A model generated the notes under the pieces. That model had not been told where the DNA came from, made no database searches, and worked only from the letters and a program-made list of their open reading frames with translations. A program made the translations under genes and the position numbers. Positions 10,311-21,696 of a stretch of 25,000 nt of DNA are shown here, piece by piece (position 1 is the first letter of the stretch; every line of letters starts with the position of its first letter). Location: positions 1 to 25,000 of the forward strand of contig JAKLZA010000159.1 of assembly GCA_030704615.1 (NCBI GenBank), given 5' to 3'. The stretch comes from Takakia lepidozioides. Lineage: Eukaryota; Plantae; Bryophyta.

Positions 10311-12573
10311 ATGGCTGCCATAGCCGGATTGAGGCCGTTGCTAGGAGCGGTGTCGGCGTGCAGGACGACTTCGACATCTAGTTCTAGCGATTCACCAGCC
10401 TGTTTGGCGAAAGGAATTCTAAGCAGCTCGAGACATTCAACACTGTGCATTCCTGATGGAAACAAAGCATATCTGTGCCGCCAGAGTGGTAGGTGTTTGA
10501 AGAAGGCCGGAAATCTGCTTATCCAGTGCACTGGCGATGTTTCTGTCACAGAGGCGTCAACAGAAGCGTCAGCAGAGGCTTCCATACCCTCACCTGATGG
10601 TAACTGGGCGCCCGTGATTCCTCTGGAAGCGTTGCCTAAGGGGGAGCGGCGATTGGTGAGGCAAGATGGAGAAACGGTGCTGTTGCTCTGGTATAAGAAT
10701 GATGTTTATGCCATTGAGAACACATCCCCTGCTGAAGGCGCCTACAGTGAGGGATTAATCAACGCCCGCTTAACCCCGGTATATTCTATAACATTAAAGA
10801 AAATAATGAGGGGTTTTTTGGCAGTGCATCCTTTTAGGCACCAGACTAATGCTATTGAAGGTGCTCCTCGGCTTTGTGAAAGTGGAATTGACATCTTCAA
10901 AATGACGTCAACCTCTTGTTGTTAAATATCTGCAAGATTTACTAGTCACTGCCTGTTCCCAGTCCTCCCGTGCTGAAGCACAGATTCGAGTATGAACGGC
11001 TCCTAGGCCGGCTTTGGCCACCTCCTCGGCCTACTAAATTGCATCACATTTCAAAGAGTTGCATTCATTGCTATTTAGGCTGTTGACAGCTAGTTCTTAC
11101 TGGATGCTGTGACTCCCAGTTTCACCATTGTGAGACAATTCGCAACGGGCGAGGTAGATTTAGGTCTTCTTAAAATCTCTTTTCTATGATAATTGTGCCA
11201 GTTTTTGTCGGCCAAGTCTTATGATTCCTCTACCAACCAAGGGTCTCTTCTGGCACAATCTGACATTTTGGTGCGTTCTCTTGTCAGTTCAGAGGCATTT
11301 CTAGAGCCCATTAAAGTAGAGTATATGGAAAATTGACCGAGCACTTAGTCATAAGTTTGGAAGGGTAGTGTTTTCATTGACTCCCTGTGCATAATATTGT
11401 GAGATCTCTCCTGCTTTTCATGTGGATGATTTCAAAATACTTCTTTCAAGGGTTGAATTGAAATACATTGAAGAGATGGGAATGAGATAGTGGAATCCCC
11501 AAAGGAGCTCCTGCTGTTACCAATTCTCAATTAGGTGTCTGTCTCAAGTGTTTTGATAGCTTATGATGGAGGACTGTGGACTGGTCCATTTCTGAATGCA
11601 TACTTTGGTGTGACTTATAGATCATGTTATGGCTCTTTCTCTTGCATCGGATAAACTGTACTAGTTGGTATTACGGTCCTTGCTCCATATATGAGTACTT
11701 TGGTAGATCCAGTCCATTGAGAAGAGGGAGGAAGCTGTGGGGGGAACACAGGCATGGACCATGTTTTACTCAATGAGCTTGACAAATGGAGATTGGGTAC
11801 ATCTCAAGTAGCTCACTCACATTTTTGCATCATTTAAAATGTGCATATGTTCCTTGTTGTCTGCCTCGCAGGAGGGCTGCATCGTGTGTCCATCCACAGA
11901 CAGTACGTATGACTTGAAGACTGGGAAGGTCGTGGATTGGATGCCCTCCAACCCAGTACTTCGACTGTTGACCCCCTCTCTAAGGGATCTTGTTACATAT
12001 CCTATAAAGATTGACTCAGAGTATATTTACATTGATGTGAAAGGAAGCTCTGGAGAATCAGCAGAAATTGTGTTCGGTGGTGCAACACAAGCTGGAAAAA
12101 CGGCTACAGATGTCGCTGTTGACGAGGTAAATTTTCTAGGCTGAAGTGGGTTTATGTGCAGCATAGCTTCCCCACATATTCCAATTCTTTCTGACAGATC
12201 TTCTCATATTAGTTTGCACTTCCTGAATATTGTTGCCTTGCATCCATAACGTCGACAGTGACATCTGGTTGGGGTGCCATACATAGTTCACAGCCAGGGT
12301 GTGTCATATACAAGTTGGATCTGTTGTCATCACTTTGTTTCACTGACTTTATGGACCACGTTTTTGCATGTGCAAAAGGTGCGCATGATCGTTGATGAGA
12401 ATGAGGAGGGTTTTGGATTTACACCAAAGAATGAGATCATCAACGGCAGGGCAGCCATGATTGGATTTCTCATGATTGTTGTCCAAGAACTGGTTACCGG
12501 CAAGGGTTTCTTGAAGGGGATCGGGTTCCTAGACTTCCTCTATCGGTTTGTGTTTCCAGGTTACTCCCCCTGA
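10311..12573 (+). CDS. PSB33: Chloroplast Rieske-like thylakoid protein PSB33/LIL8/TEF5 (photosystem II-LHCII associated); 3 exons, 305 aa
   Basis: Exons 10311-10778, 11872-12126 and 12379-12573, all phase 0, GT-AG. Ser/Ala/Arg-rich transit peptide. Rieske-like domain WAPVIPLEALPKGERRLVRQDGETVLLLWYKNDVYAIENTSPAEGAYSEGL...IVCPSTDSTYDLKTG lacks the CxH/CxxH ligands. C-terminal LHC-type helix GFTPKNEIINGRAAMIGF. Confidence 0.93.
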
Positions 12574-13931
12574 AACTGTAGTCAGTGAGTACTAAACTTG
12601 GGTTGGTTCCCTTCATTTTTGGTTGCAGAAGGTTGTACATTACTTGTTTTGTCTGCAAGCAATTGCTGACCGTATCTTAAAGGGGTTTCTTCACTCAATT
12701 TAATGGGGTGAAAATGCTATCAATTATGTCTTTGGAGAGAGAGCCAGAGTATGTGTGTTTGAGGTGAATGGGATGGTGGACTGTTAGAGCATGTTCACCA
12801 AAGCAAGAAGTACTTCTTCACTGCTGATGGCTAGAGAGTTTGTTTCGATATATGACAAGTTTAATGAGTATGTAGAAATGTTTCTCAATGCTGCTACGTG
12901 GTGGGGAGTTATTATTCTATTAATTTGATGCACACCCATGGGAGGGCATATCCCACCAAGTGTGATTAGACCTCAGGGCATATCCACATGCTGTAGGTGT
13001 TGAATTTGCAAGATCTTCCCATACACCCCATAGATGCCAAGCACCCTGGTCAGATACTTTACTGTGCTACAACCTGCACAGATCCAGTTTCCAAAATTAC
13101 ATCTTAAGCTTAACAACAGCCCTACTTCAGTTCCAGTCATCAAACACACTTCATAATTTTCTGCTGGGATGATGGGTTTGAGAGAAGTGTTGAGTCCCTC
13201 AAGGTAAATAGGAATTTGATACAGTGCTAATGATTTTGTTGTAACTTGGTTCTTCGAGATTAATCACTGTGGCTACGAAATTTCCACCCTACCCTTGGTG
13301 GGAGTGATGGTTAGAGTTCTTCTCTCTTCATGTTCGATATGATGCTTTCTTATGCTGAAATATCCTAGTTTTAGAGCACTGGTTACATACTTGAAATAGC
13401 AGGATAGTTTACTGTGATTCTTCACCCACATGGCAGAAACTGCTCTTTGCTTAATCTTACACAGTCAGAGAGTGGATAGGTGTATTGGTGATATCAGAGC
13501 CCTGTACTGTGTCCTGGGAGGCTTGACAGGGTCTTGGATACCAGGAGGGTTCTTATTACTTAGGTTAGCTGTCGCTGTAGATTGAAATCTGCCCAGTGGG
13601 GTTGTTTGGAGTGGTTTGTTTGATGTCCCTGCGGAATGTGGATGAGGAGACTAGTTTGAGAGCCAATCAAAGGAGAGAAGTGGGAGACCCACTTGGGCAC
13701 CCATCAAGAGCTCGATAATGAAAGAGTTGTGGCAGGATCTTTCGCACCCCCACAAACAATTTAGTTCATCTCGGGCTTCTGCGGGATTCCTGAAAAGCTT
13801 AAAGCAACGTTTTCTGCTCTGGTCCCTCTTTTCTGAAAGAGAAACAACAAACATTACATCGCTTCGGTTCAGTTGCGGAAGTTAAAATTTTAAAAAACAA
13901 GTGGCTAGTCTCGGAATGGCTCCTCCAGGCT

Positions 13932-13961
13932 CATATTGATATAAAATATTATATCAATATG
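13932..13961. repeat. Perfect hairpin (13-bp stem, 4-nt loop) beside a (TA)n tract at the left edge of the TE block
   Basis: CATATTGATATAA-AATA-TTATATCAATATG, followed by (TA)n at about 13968-13992. Confidence 0.75.
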
Positions 13962-14006
13962 TGGGAAATATATATATATATATATATATATAATCAAGCA
14001 TTTAAA

Positions 14007-14492
14007 AATAGGTGTGATGTGGCAATATTTTGAGACACTAGTTTGAAGGCCAAGAGTATGATTTGTGATCAATTCAATAGGCTTCTATACCACCAGATAT
14101 GCTTTTGATCTTCATTGGTATTTGTCCATATGTAATGTTATCTGTGGATTGTAGTAGCCTCAGAAAATTGAAGCTTCATATGAAAATTATTTATATTTTC
14201 TTTGATTGTTTTCATGATTGTGTTTAAGTTCCTTAACATTTTTCTTAACATTTTAACATTTCGAATTTATATAAAATATTAGTAAAGATTTACAATAGGT
14301 GAGAGGTGACAATATTGTGAGACGTGATTACGTAGTTTGAAAGGCCATAAATATAGGTTTGTGATCACTCCAATAGGCTTATGTAACACTAGACATGCAT
14401 TATTGATTTTGGGCATGTGTCCAAGTGTGATCCAAATGTGAACCGTAGATTGCAGTAGCCTCGGAAAATTGAAGTTTCATATGAAAATTATT
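14007..14492. repeat. Diverged direct duplication with units of about 185-200 bp (14007-14191 and 14294-14492)
   Basis: Shared blocks in both copies: aataggtg..caatatt.tgagac..tagtttga.aggcca..tttgtgatca.t.caataggctt..gtagcctc.gaaaattgaag.ttcatatgaaaattatt. Confidence 0.8.
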
Positions 14493-15057
14493 CATAAATT
14501 ATTTTAGTTGATCGGTTGACGTTCTAACATATTCACATTGAAATCCCCTATAATTATTGTAGGACAACAATGTGGGATATTATTATTGTGACGATGTTTA
14601 TAGCTCTTCGCATGTTTTTATTAAATAACGCAGTTATATATTCGGCACCATTATGTGAAAATGTTTCATAGGATGTTAACGATGTACTTTTATCATACCT
14701 TGACTAGTATGTACAGCCACATACGAATATTTTGAATGATCGACGATATATCACTGTTTGAATTTTCCGTATTGAAATGAGTTTCATTCAAACATAAAAT
14801 ATGGGGTGTTTGTAAATTATAATCTGTAAAAACATCATCTTTGTATAATGACAATGATCTAGTGAAAATAAATAAATAATGTAGTGTTTAAAAATTGTAC
14901 AATTACATGTGATTATCGATAGTTTTTTTAAAACAACAATTAAAAATTACAACGTGCAATAGTACGTAGTTGTTTCATTTCCTCAACAACGCCATTATCA
15001 GTGCGGAAATTTTGTAGTTGCTGATTTCCTTTTTGAGTACGATAGGGAGACAACAAC

Positions 15058-16081
15058 ATGGCCGTGGAAGTCCATATATTCTATTTTGTGTGACTCTCAT
15101 ACCCTCGAGTCCTCAATGACTATTCGCCCTTGAAAACGATTCCTCCGCTATCAGCCGATTGGCACACTATTGGATATTGCGCCTTTTCAAACCCACAATG
15201 TTTGAACAACTCGATAGCAATATGTAGTCCTGATTCTACGTTACGACACGAGCGCAAGTATCGTAGTGATCGTAATTGGTACATCCTGTCCTCGCCATCC
15301 TCAGCGTTACTTGCCTTGGCTTGGATTGTCATCCTACCCCAACCAACCTCCCTATGTCTTTGCCCCTACTCTACTTGCAGCATCCGTCGAATTCCCTGGT
15401 TATCTGAATTTCACCCATGCGATCCGGGTTTGGGTTCTACACGATGGGAAAACACAAACGCTTGTTAGTGATCTAGGTTTCGGTCACTTTCGAGATTTCA
15501 TTGACCATGATGAAGGAATGCGTGTTACACTGAGTGGTGATGAGATCAACAATTTGAGGGTTTTTACCATGTCTACTGCCAAAACCAAAATTGAGTTCTC
15601 GAGCTGTCTAAGCTTCTCTGAATGGATTTTCATGGAGGTGTTGAGTCCTCTGATTATGGTCTGACAGATACAGAGATAATGCACTCGTAAGCATTGTTTG
15701 CTTAGTGCTTTAGCCTTGTGGCCATCGACCCTGTGTGATGATGATGACAATGGCGACAGTAGCAAGTGTGATAAGGATGTTACAAAACGTCTTAGTCTTG
15801 ATGCTCCAAATCCCCGCACCATCGGGCCCCTCATACCACCGAAATCTTTTTCCTTGGTTGATAATCCCATACACACTCTAACTTGGTTGCAATTCTCTAC
15901 ACGCATGACTCAAGTCCTTCACGAAGAGGATATTCAAGCCAAACAAATCGAATTGTTTGACGAGTCGTTTGATCTAGCTAATGTGGACTTGCCTCCTCCT
16001 TCGGTTGAATGCGTTCTGTTGCCCTTGACGCGTGACATTTTGATCAAGTTTATTGAAGCCGCGTTTGAGGTTGATGACTAG
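15058..16081 (+). pseudogene. Decayed ORF of about 340 codons, unknown function, probably TE-borne
   Basis: The ATG at 15058 gives MAVEVHIFYFV*LSYPRVLND..., in frame with ORF 15130. One frameshift leads into ORFs 15266-15664 and 15698-16081, which are in the same frame and separated only by two stops. No obvious introns. Confidence 0.45.
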
Positions 16082-16439
16082 GTTATAATTATATCTGATC
16101 ATCGCTTGATGTATACGATAAGTAATTTTCTACATTTCTTGTCATTGCGAAAGTAAGGATGATGATGCACCTTGGTGCACTACAATTACCTCAGCCATAG
16201 GTGAGTTTGTGTGTTAATGGAAGGCAACTGGAGTGGCAGGAGGTGTTGAGAGACTTGCAAGACACCTCTGATGTTCTTGATGCTTTACAACATCTTCTGC
16301 AGGGTCACATCTTTCCCTGAATATCTGATGAAACCAACAATTGCACAATTGTTCAACCATTTATTCTTGATGTCGCTTCTTGCAGGAGCTCTGGTAAGCA
16401 CCACGAAAATGACAATCCAAGCTCCAAGTAGTTGTAGAT

Positions 16440-17930
16440 GTTTCATATGTTAGTTTACCAATACTTTCAACAAGCTTATTCAAGATAGTTTAAGCCTTGT
16501 GAACGGTGGATGGTTCGAGCAGCAGCCTATTGAATCGAAAATTGTGTTCTAGTAATTATATAAGATGTATTATAGGCCCAATTTGAATCAAGTCTTTTGA
16601 AATAGGTTGAATATGGGTCCATGAAGGATTTATTGTAGAATTATATATGTGTAGCAGTACCAGATTTAACGTTGAAAATTTGTATCCATATCAAATGAGT
16701 AGATTCTACTAACATTGAAGCATATTTGAATTTTCCGTGAACTCCATTTACAAGAGAGTCATCTGTCGTATAATTTCCAACGCACAATTTTACTAACATT
16801 AATTTTTTTTTAACTTCTTTGTCTTGTACTCTATCTTCGAGTGGAGCACTACTATGCAAGTGATATGGACATAGTGAAAAAGGTGACTCGGTTTCTGAAA
16901 TCGAAAAACATGGAAGTGGAAGCAAATTGTTATTTAAGATCAGTTCAATCACTCTATGCTCATCGGTCACTGGAGGATCGAATTGGCATGCACACCCACA
17001 TTGGGTGCCAATATCGTAACAATGGATGGGAGGTGACTGTGTATGTTAGCCCTGACTCCTTGTTTACTTCACAATATACTGGAACTACCCTTTGCGTGTT
17101 TATTATTTGTTGAGAACATCGCGAAAAAGATGTTCTAGTTTACTACGACTTCAGAGCAACCTCAAGCGAGCCACTTTTTAGGATGCAATGGATGGCTCAT
17201 GAGCAATATATGCATCATGCCAAGTTGCATAGTTTTTTTTATGTGATTCTTCATTTTCAAGAAAGGGATGAAAAAGCAAGAGTTCTTCTCTGTAATAATT
17301 TTCGGCATCTCGATGTTGATTGTAGTGTATGTATTTAATAATGCAAGAATTTTTACGAGGTTTCAGATCAGTTTTTTCTATCGTATATTCGGCAACAAAT
17401 TCACTTAGGCTTACGTCCTTCAATGCCTCAAGTCGATCAATATATTTGTCAATAGCAGATAAACATTTAATATCTATGGATTCTAGAGAAAGTTGTCATA
17501 ACTCTTTATTTGATTTCAACACAAGAAAAAAAAAAAAAAAAAAAAAACACACACACAAATGCACGTTCTTGTGGTGGAGATGAATTTATAAATTTAAAAC
17601 TTCAAAACGCACGATAAAGTGGCATGGACAACACAAATATATGTGCTAATTGAGCAGACATTTGTTGTGCATAGAAATGCATTACCTATTTTGCGAATTC
17701 TGACATTTGCATCGACGTGATCATTGACACATTTATCTATTATGATACGAAATTCATTGGTTATTGTTTTATTTATTTTTATAAGATGTGATGACAGTAA
17801 CTAAGTAATCCATATGGATCGAGTATAAATTGCAATATAAGCTGCCATGAATTTTCAACATTTGTACCATATGCGTTTGTACGAATATATCTATATGATC
17901 GTTTGAACGAACCATTTACCCATTGTACAA
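16440..17930 (-). mobile_element. Degenerate Helitron-superfamily RepHel (Helentron/Helitron2-like): HUH Rep C-terminal half plus Pif1 helicase C-terminal remnant
   Basis: Minus-strand translation with stops and frameshifts. Rep part: FKRSYRYIRTNAYG..LQFILDPY..YC..KINKTITNEF..VRIRKIGNAFL/AQQMSAQLAHIFVLSMPLY..FKFINSSPPQERAFV/LKSNKEL..DKYIDR..SLSEFVAEY..IIKYIHYNQHRDAENYYREELLLFHPF. Helicase part: MLVKLCVGNYTTDDSLVNGVHGKF..IWIQ..SWTHIQPI..IITRTQFSIQ*AAARTIHRSQGL (Pif1 motif V). Helicase motifs I-IV are absent. Confidence 0.88.
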
Positions 17931-18199
17931 ATACAATTGCCAATTGTGCTTACATGCATCGCAGTAGAACATATCATTGTCTTGCCTCACAATGTCAGTA
18001 AGGCCACAACCAGCAAATGCTCGTTTGAAAGGGATGATAGATAAAGCTGCGATGTAGAATGTACTAGTCACCTACACAAAAATATGAAAATACTATTAAT
18101 AATTTATTATTATGTTATGAGTTATATTAGATTTAGTCATGGCCCAGTTTCTCACTAGCTCTGCCTTCATAATCACGGCCAAGGTTTCTAACAGTACTT

Positions 18200-19080
18200 A
18201 ACAGTTTGTTGGTCAATCAATAAGCACAATCAAGTTCAGACTCGATTTGCCCGTGTCCATACATTAAAACTACTAGATCCTACGATAAAATGATATGAAC
18301 ATACATGCGTTGCGATATCATTCAATCCATGAACTGAATGGGTTTCATGCACAACATTGAAGCCGCTCTTTAGTGTTGTTTGTCCATCACATGTGCAAAA
18401 ATAGTACACGACAATGTAATAAGCCGAATGTCTCTACTTGAGGTTGAACCGACGTTTTGTAGGAGAGTGTAAGTAGGCTTTCCACGATGATACTGCTGAA
18501 CCAATCTGTCATACTCCCCGTGGAAACAAGGTAGATAGCTCACTTGCAAACAATCCATGAAAATATTGAAATAATTCTTGGATTTGTGTTGACCGACAAT
18601 TTCATTCACAAAAGATGAACATGATTGATAGCTTTTATAAGTTAAAGCACAAAGAGCACATATTATCTGGATATCAGACTATGTGTTTCCATCTGTAACG
18701 GTAAGCTCAAATTTGTTGTCGACTGATACATGTACGTACGACGATGACCACCACCACAATAGTAGCCGTAACAAATTTTTCATGCACATTTTTGGCAAAG
18801 GTCACAATAGTATCACCAACGAGTAAGGGAAGAGAAAATAAAACAAATGGAGCGATGATCTCCACTTTGGTGTCTGAACTGATCTTGACCACGACATCCA
18901 AGCCTCCATCTTTCAAACTTTTGCTTATTACGGACTGGAAAGTTCTCCAAACGTATGAAAGCTCATCGTGTGAGCTTGTCAGAGTGAGTTTGCACAAGAG
19001 AACCAGAGACTGTGATGGTCATCATAGTAAACCCATAGACGTAGATCTGACAAGAGGAAATAAAACAAACCTAAATCTGC
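18200..19080 (-). pseudogene. Decayed ORF of unknown function upstream of and co-oriented with RepHel
   Basis: Protein-like segments in successive frames: ADLGLFYFLLSDLRLWVYYDDHHSLWFSC; SYVWRTFQSVISKSLKDGGLDVVVKISSDTKVEIIAPF; TQIQELFQYFHGLFASELSTLFPRGV*QIGSAVSSWKAYLHSP...YYIVVYYFCTCDG...HETHSVHGLNDIATHVCSYHF. The last segment has only two internal stops over about 115 codons. Confidence 0.35.
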
Positions 19081-19438
19081 ATGACATTTTATCCACACTG
19101 CTGGTGTCTGTACTTTAGTAGGCTTGAATTGGTCTGTGCAAAACCACTAGGGTGCAATTGAACAACCATAATTTTCATCAAAGCATCTAGGCTCCCAATT
19201 ACCTTCTAAACACCAAGAAAACCTTGGGCAATGCAATTCTAAGGCATGCTTAGAAACTACCGTAGAAGCCGCTTTATTTCGATGGACCCCTGCCGGAATC
19301 ATTAAATACATGCAGGTCGCTAGGTTCGGCAGGCTTAATGACAATATTAATTTTTTCGTCCAATTTTTCTGGAATTCTGCACCCATGGGTACTTTTCATT
19401 AAATTAGGTGGATCATGTCATTCTCCGTGGTAAGTCAT

Positions 19439-19489
19439 AGTTATGGTTAGCCATAACTCTCTCTCACAAGCCATAATCATGGTGTAGTG
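19439..19489 (-). mobile_element. CACTA-like transposon terminus fragment
   Basis: Ends in GGTGTAGTG (reverse complement CACTACACC), preceded by repeated AGCCATAA motifs in both orientations (AGTTATGG-TTAG-CCATAACT and AGCCATAAT). No matching second end or TSD found. Confidence 0.4.
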
Positions 19490-19986
19490 CTAAACGCTGC
19501 ATTTTTAATAACTATCAAACTTGACGTTTAAGAGTTCGCTACCTTATTTTTGTTGCACTCGGCAGTTGCCACCTTTTTTTTTTCAAAGTTTATTTTTTAA
19601 ATAAAGATTATTCCCATATTTCGTCTATTCCCATGGCAAAAATTTAAAATATTCGTTCTCTCTTTAAATGAATTAATTAACATCAGAATAGAACGACGGT
19701 ATAACCACTGGTAGTGATTGAAAGAAACACTTTTGCATAACAAAAGAACTCCACCACCCAAAGCGAACTCTTCTGAATCTATGTAGTGGACAAAGCGTTT
19801 TGTCATTGTTGTGACCCCGACAACTATAACATTGTTCCCATAAACTGGCCTGAGAGTTTCCAAGGCTAAAGAACTGCCAAGCCAAGACACTTCTATGCAC
19901 AGTTGTGTTTTTGGTGGAATCTCCAAACCATAAATGGTAGAATCACAAGGAAGGGGGAGTCAGGGAGGTACGTGGTCAAGCATGGG

Positions 19987-20121
19987 AACGGGAACACGCA
20001 AACATAGGAACAGGATCGTCAATCTGTTGGACACCTTTGCGTGGTCTCCCCTCTTATTAGTTATAGGAGGAGCCATTAAACGGAAAGGAGACGTTGGTGC
20101 ACTCGTGCACACTCCCAACGG
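19987..20121 (+). promoter_or_regulatory. Cluster of MSA-like (mitosis-specific activator) AACGG cores in the cyclin B promoter
   Basis: AACGG at 19987, 20079 and 20117. The last is in CCCAACGGC, close to the YCYAACGGYY consensus bound by MYB3R factors. Confidence 0.6.
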
Positions 20122-21696
20122 CACACTTTCGCAATTCGTGAGTTTGTGAGATGTTGAGTATGCGATTGTGCGACGAGGCTGCTCGGGATTGTCTCGCTCG
20201 CAGTGTGCTCTTGCTGGGATTTGTAGTCTGTGCCCCTTGTTGCCAGTGCAATCCCCTTTTTGGTGGAGTGCATGTGGCGTATTTGTCCTGTCCCATGTTC
20301 CTCTGATTTAGTTTTTTAAGTCTGGACCTTGTCATATTGCTACTCTGTAAGTTCCTACTCCATTTTCGGTGGTACACATATTCGGCCATTGTACACAGAC
20401 GACATCTCCTTTCTTCCAGCCCTCCCACTTCATGTATTAGGGAGGTCGAACAGCTCACAACAGGCTTTCGAAGAGAGTTAGACACTGGAGCGCAGCGAGG
20501 ATCCAATAATTCTACTGCAACGTAAGGAGAGCGAGAATGTATGCAACCCGGGTAAGCTGATCCGCAGCTATCTCTTTTATTTAGGGGGTGTCACTGTGAA
20601 CTGAGATAATAAAATCTTAGATGTCTGATGGCCGTGTGAACGCCCTTAACCTGGTGAAAGTCAATTGGTGTCAATTAGTTAGAGGAGACTTCAATAGGCG
20701 AAGTGGCGCAGTGGCTCAGGTGTTTGTAATCTCGAGCAACCCTGTGCAGCTCTGGAGCCCCTCCATCTCATACTGGCTTGGACAATAGCAAGTTTCAAGA
20801 ATGCGGAACTTCCCCCTTTTGTTGGGGTGGTATGGGTTCCGGATTGCCCAGAGCCCTACCTAAAGATTATTCAGTTCGGTTTGACCAGTCATTAGCATAT
20901 CCAGTTTGGTGATCGTGTACATTGGTACGCCCCCTTTTTGGCTCGCTTGACTGCAAAGACAACATGAATGCAATTTGCAAGTGCCTAGAAAAGAGCATTG
21001 CTTCTGAAGTTTCTTGCAGCGTGCCTTCCGAGATCTGACTCACATGGCAACTGGCTTGCAAACTCGGATGATGTTCATTGATTGGCCATAGCAACGTAAG
21101 TTTGTGATGAGCTCTCACTGACTTGCCCTGCCTGAGGTCCACGGTGGAAAGCACAGTTGTTCCCAGGTTATTTGCAATGGCTTATGCATGGAGCCCTTTT
21201 GGCAGTTCTGGGTTGACCTCTTCCTTCAATGATAACAACAATAAATTTCTGACAGAGGCATGTGAATCAATTGGCTAATGGGGGGATGTGCAGCAACAAA
21301 AGGGTTTCCACGCGGAGAACAATCGAGCTGACCCAGGTTCCAAGCCCTACTTATCCTCAAGATGTCTGTCCCAGCTTGAGCTTTGTAATCCTTGTCTACA
21401 TAGCTTCACTTGCACATCTAGTGTTTGGGTGTGGACGGTGTAAAGTTTTCTTCATTGTTTTGGTCTGTCTGTCTCTCTTTCCAAACCAAACTGGGATTTT
21501 TTGGCCACAAGACTGTGGCAAGCAGTCTAATCACCACATTCTCTCTCCACAGACACCTACCTTCGATTGGAATTTGGCACCCATAGTGACATTTTTATGA
21601 GGGATTATGTAGCCATGCGAGATTTGTTAGTTTCGGATTCATCAGAATGCATTTTGCAAATAACCCTGTTTAGAAGCTTAAGGAACTGAGAGATGT

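Noticed and set aside
9827-10585. 252-aa minus-strand ORF
   Set aside because: Antisense shadow of PSB33 exon 1 and its 5' region, with low-complexity F/L stretches and no motif.
19150-19385. Possible MITE with GGGTGCA terminal inverted repeats
   Set aside because: Only a 7-bp match and no convincing TSD.
19597-19926. 109-aa minus-strand ORF upstream of the cyclin promoter
   Set aside because: Non-ATG start, no recognisable motif and no supporting splice structure.
20696-20760. tRNA A-box-like GGCGAAGTGGCGCAGTGG
   Set aside because: No B-box or cloverleaf follows.
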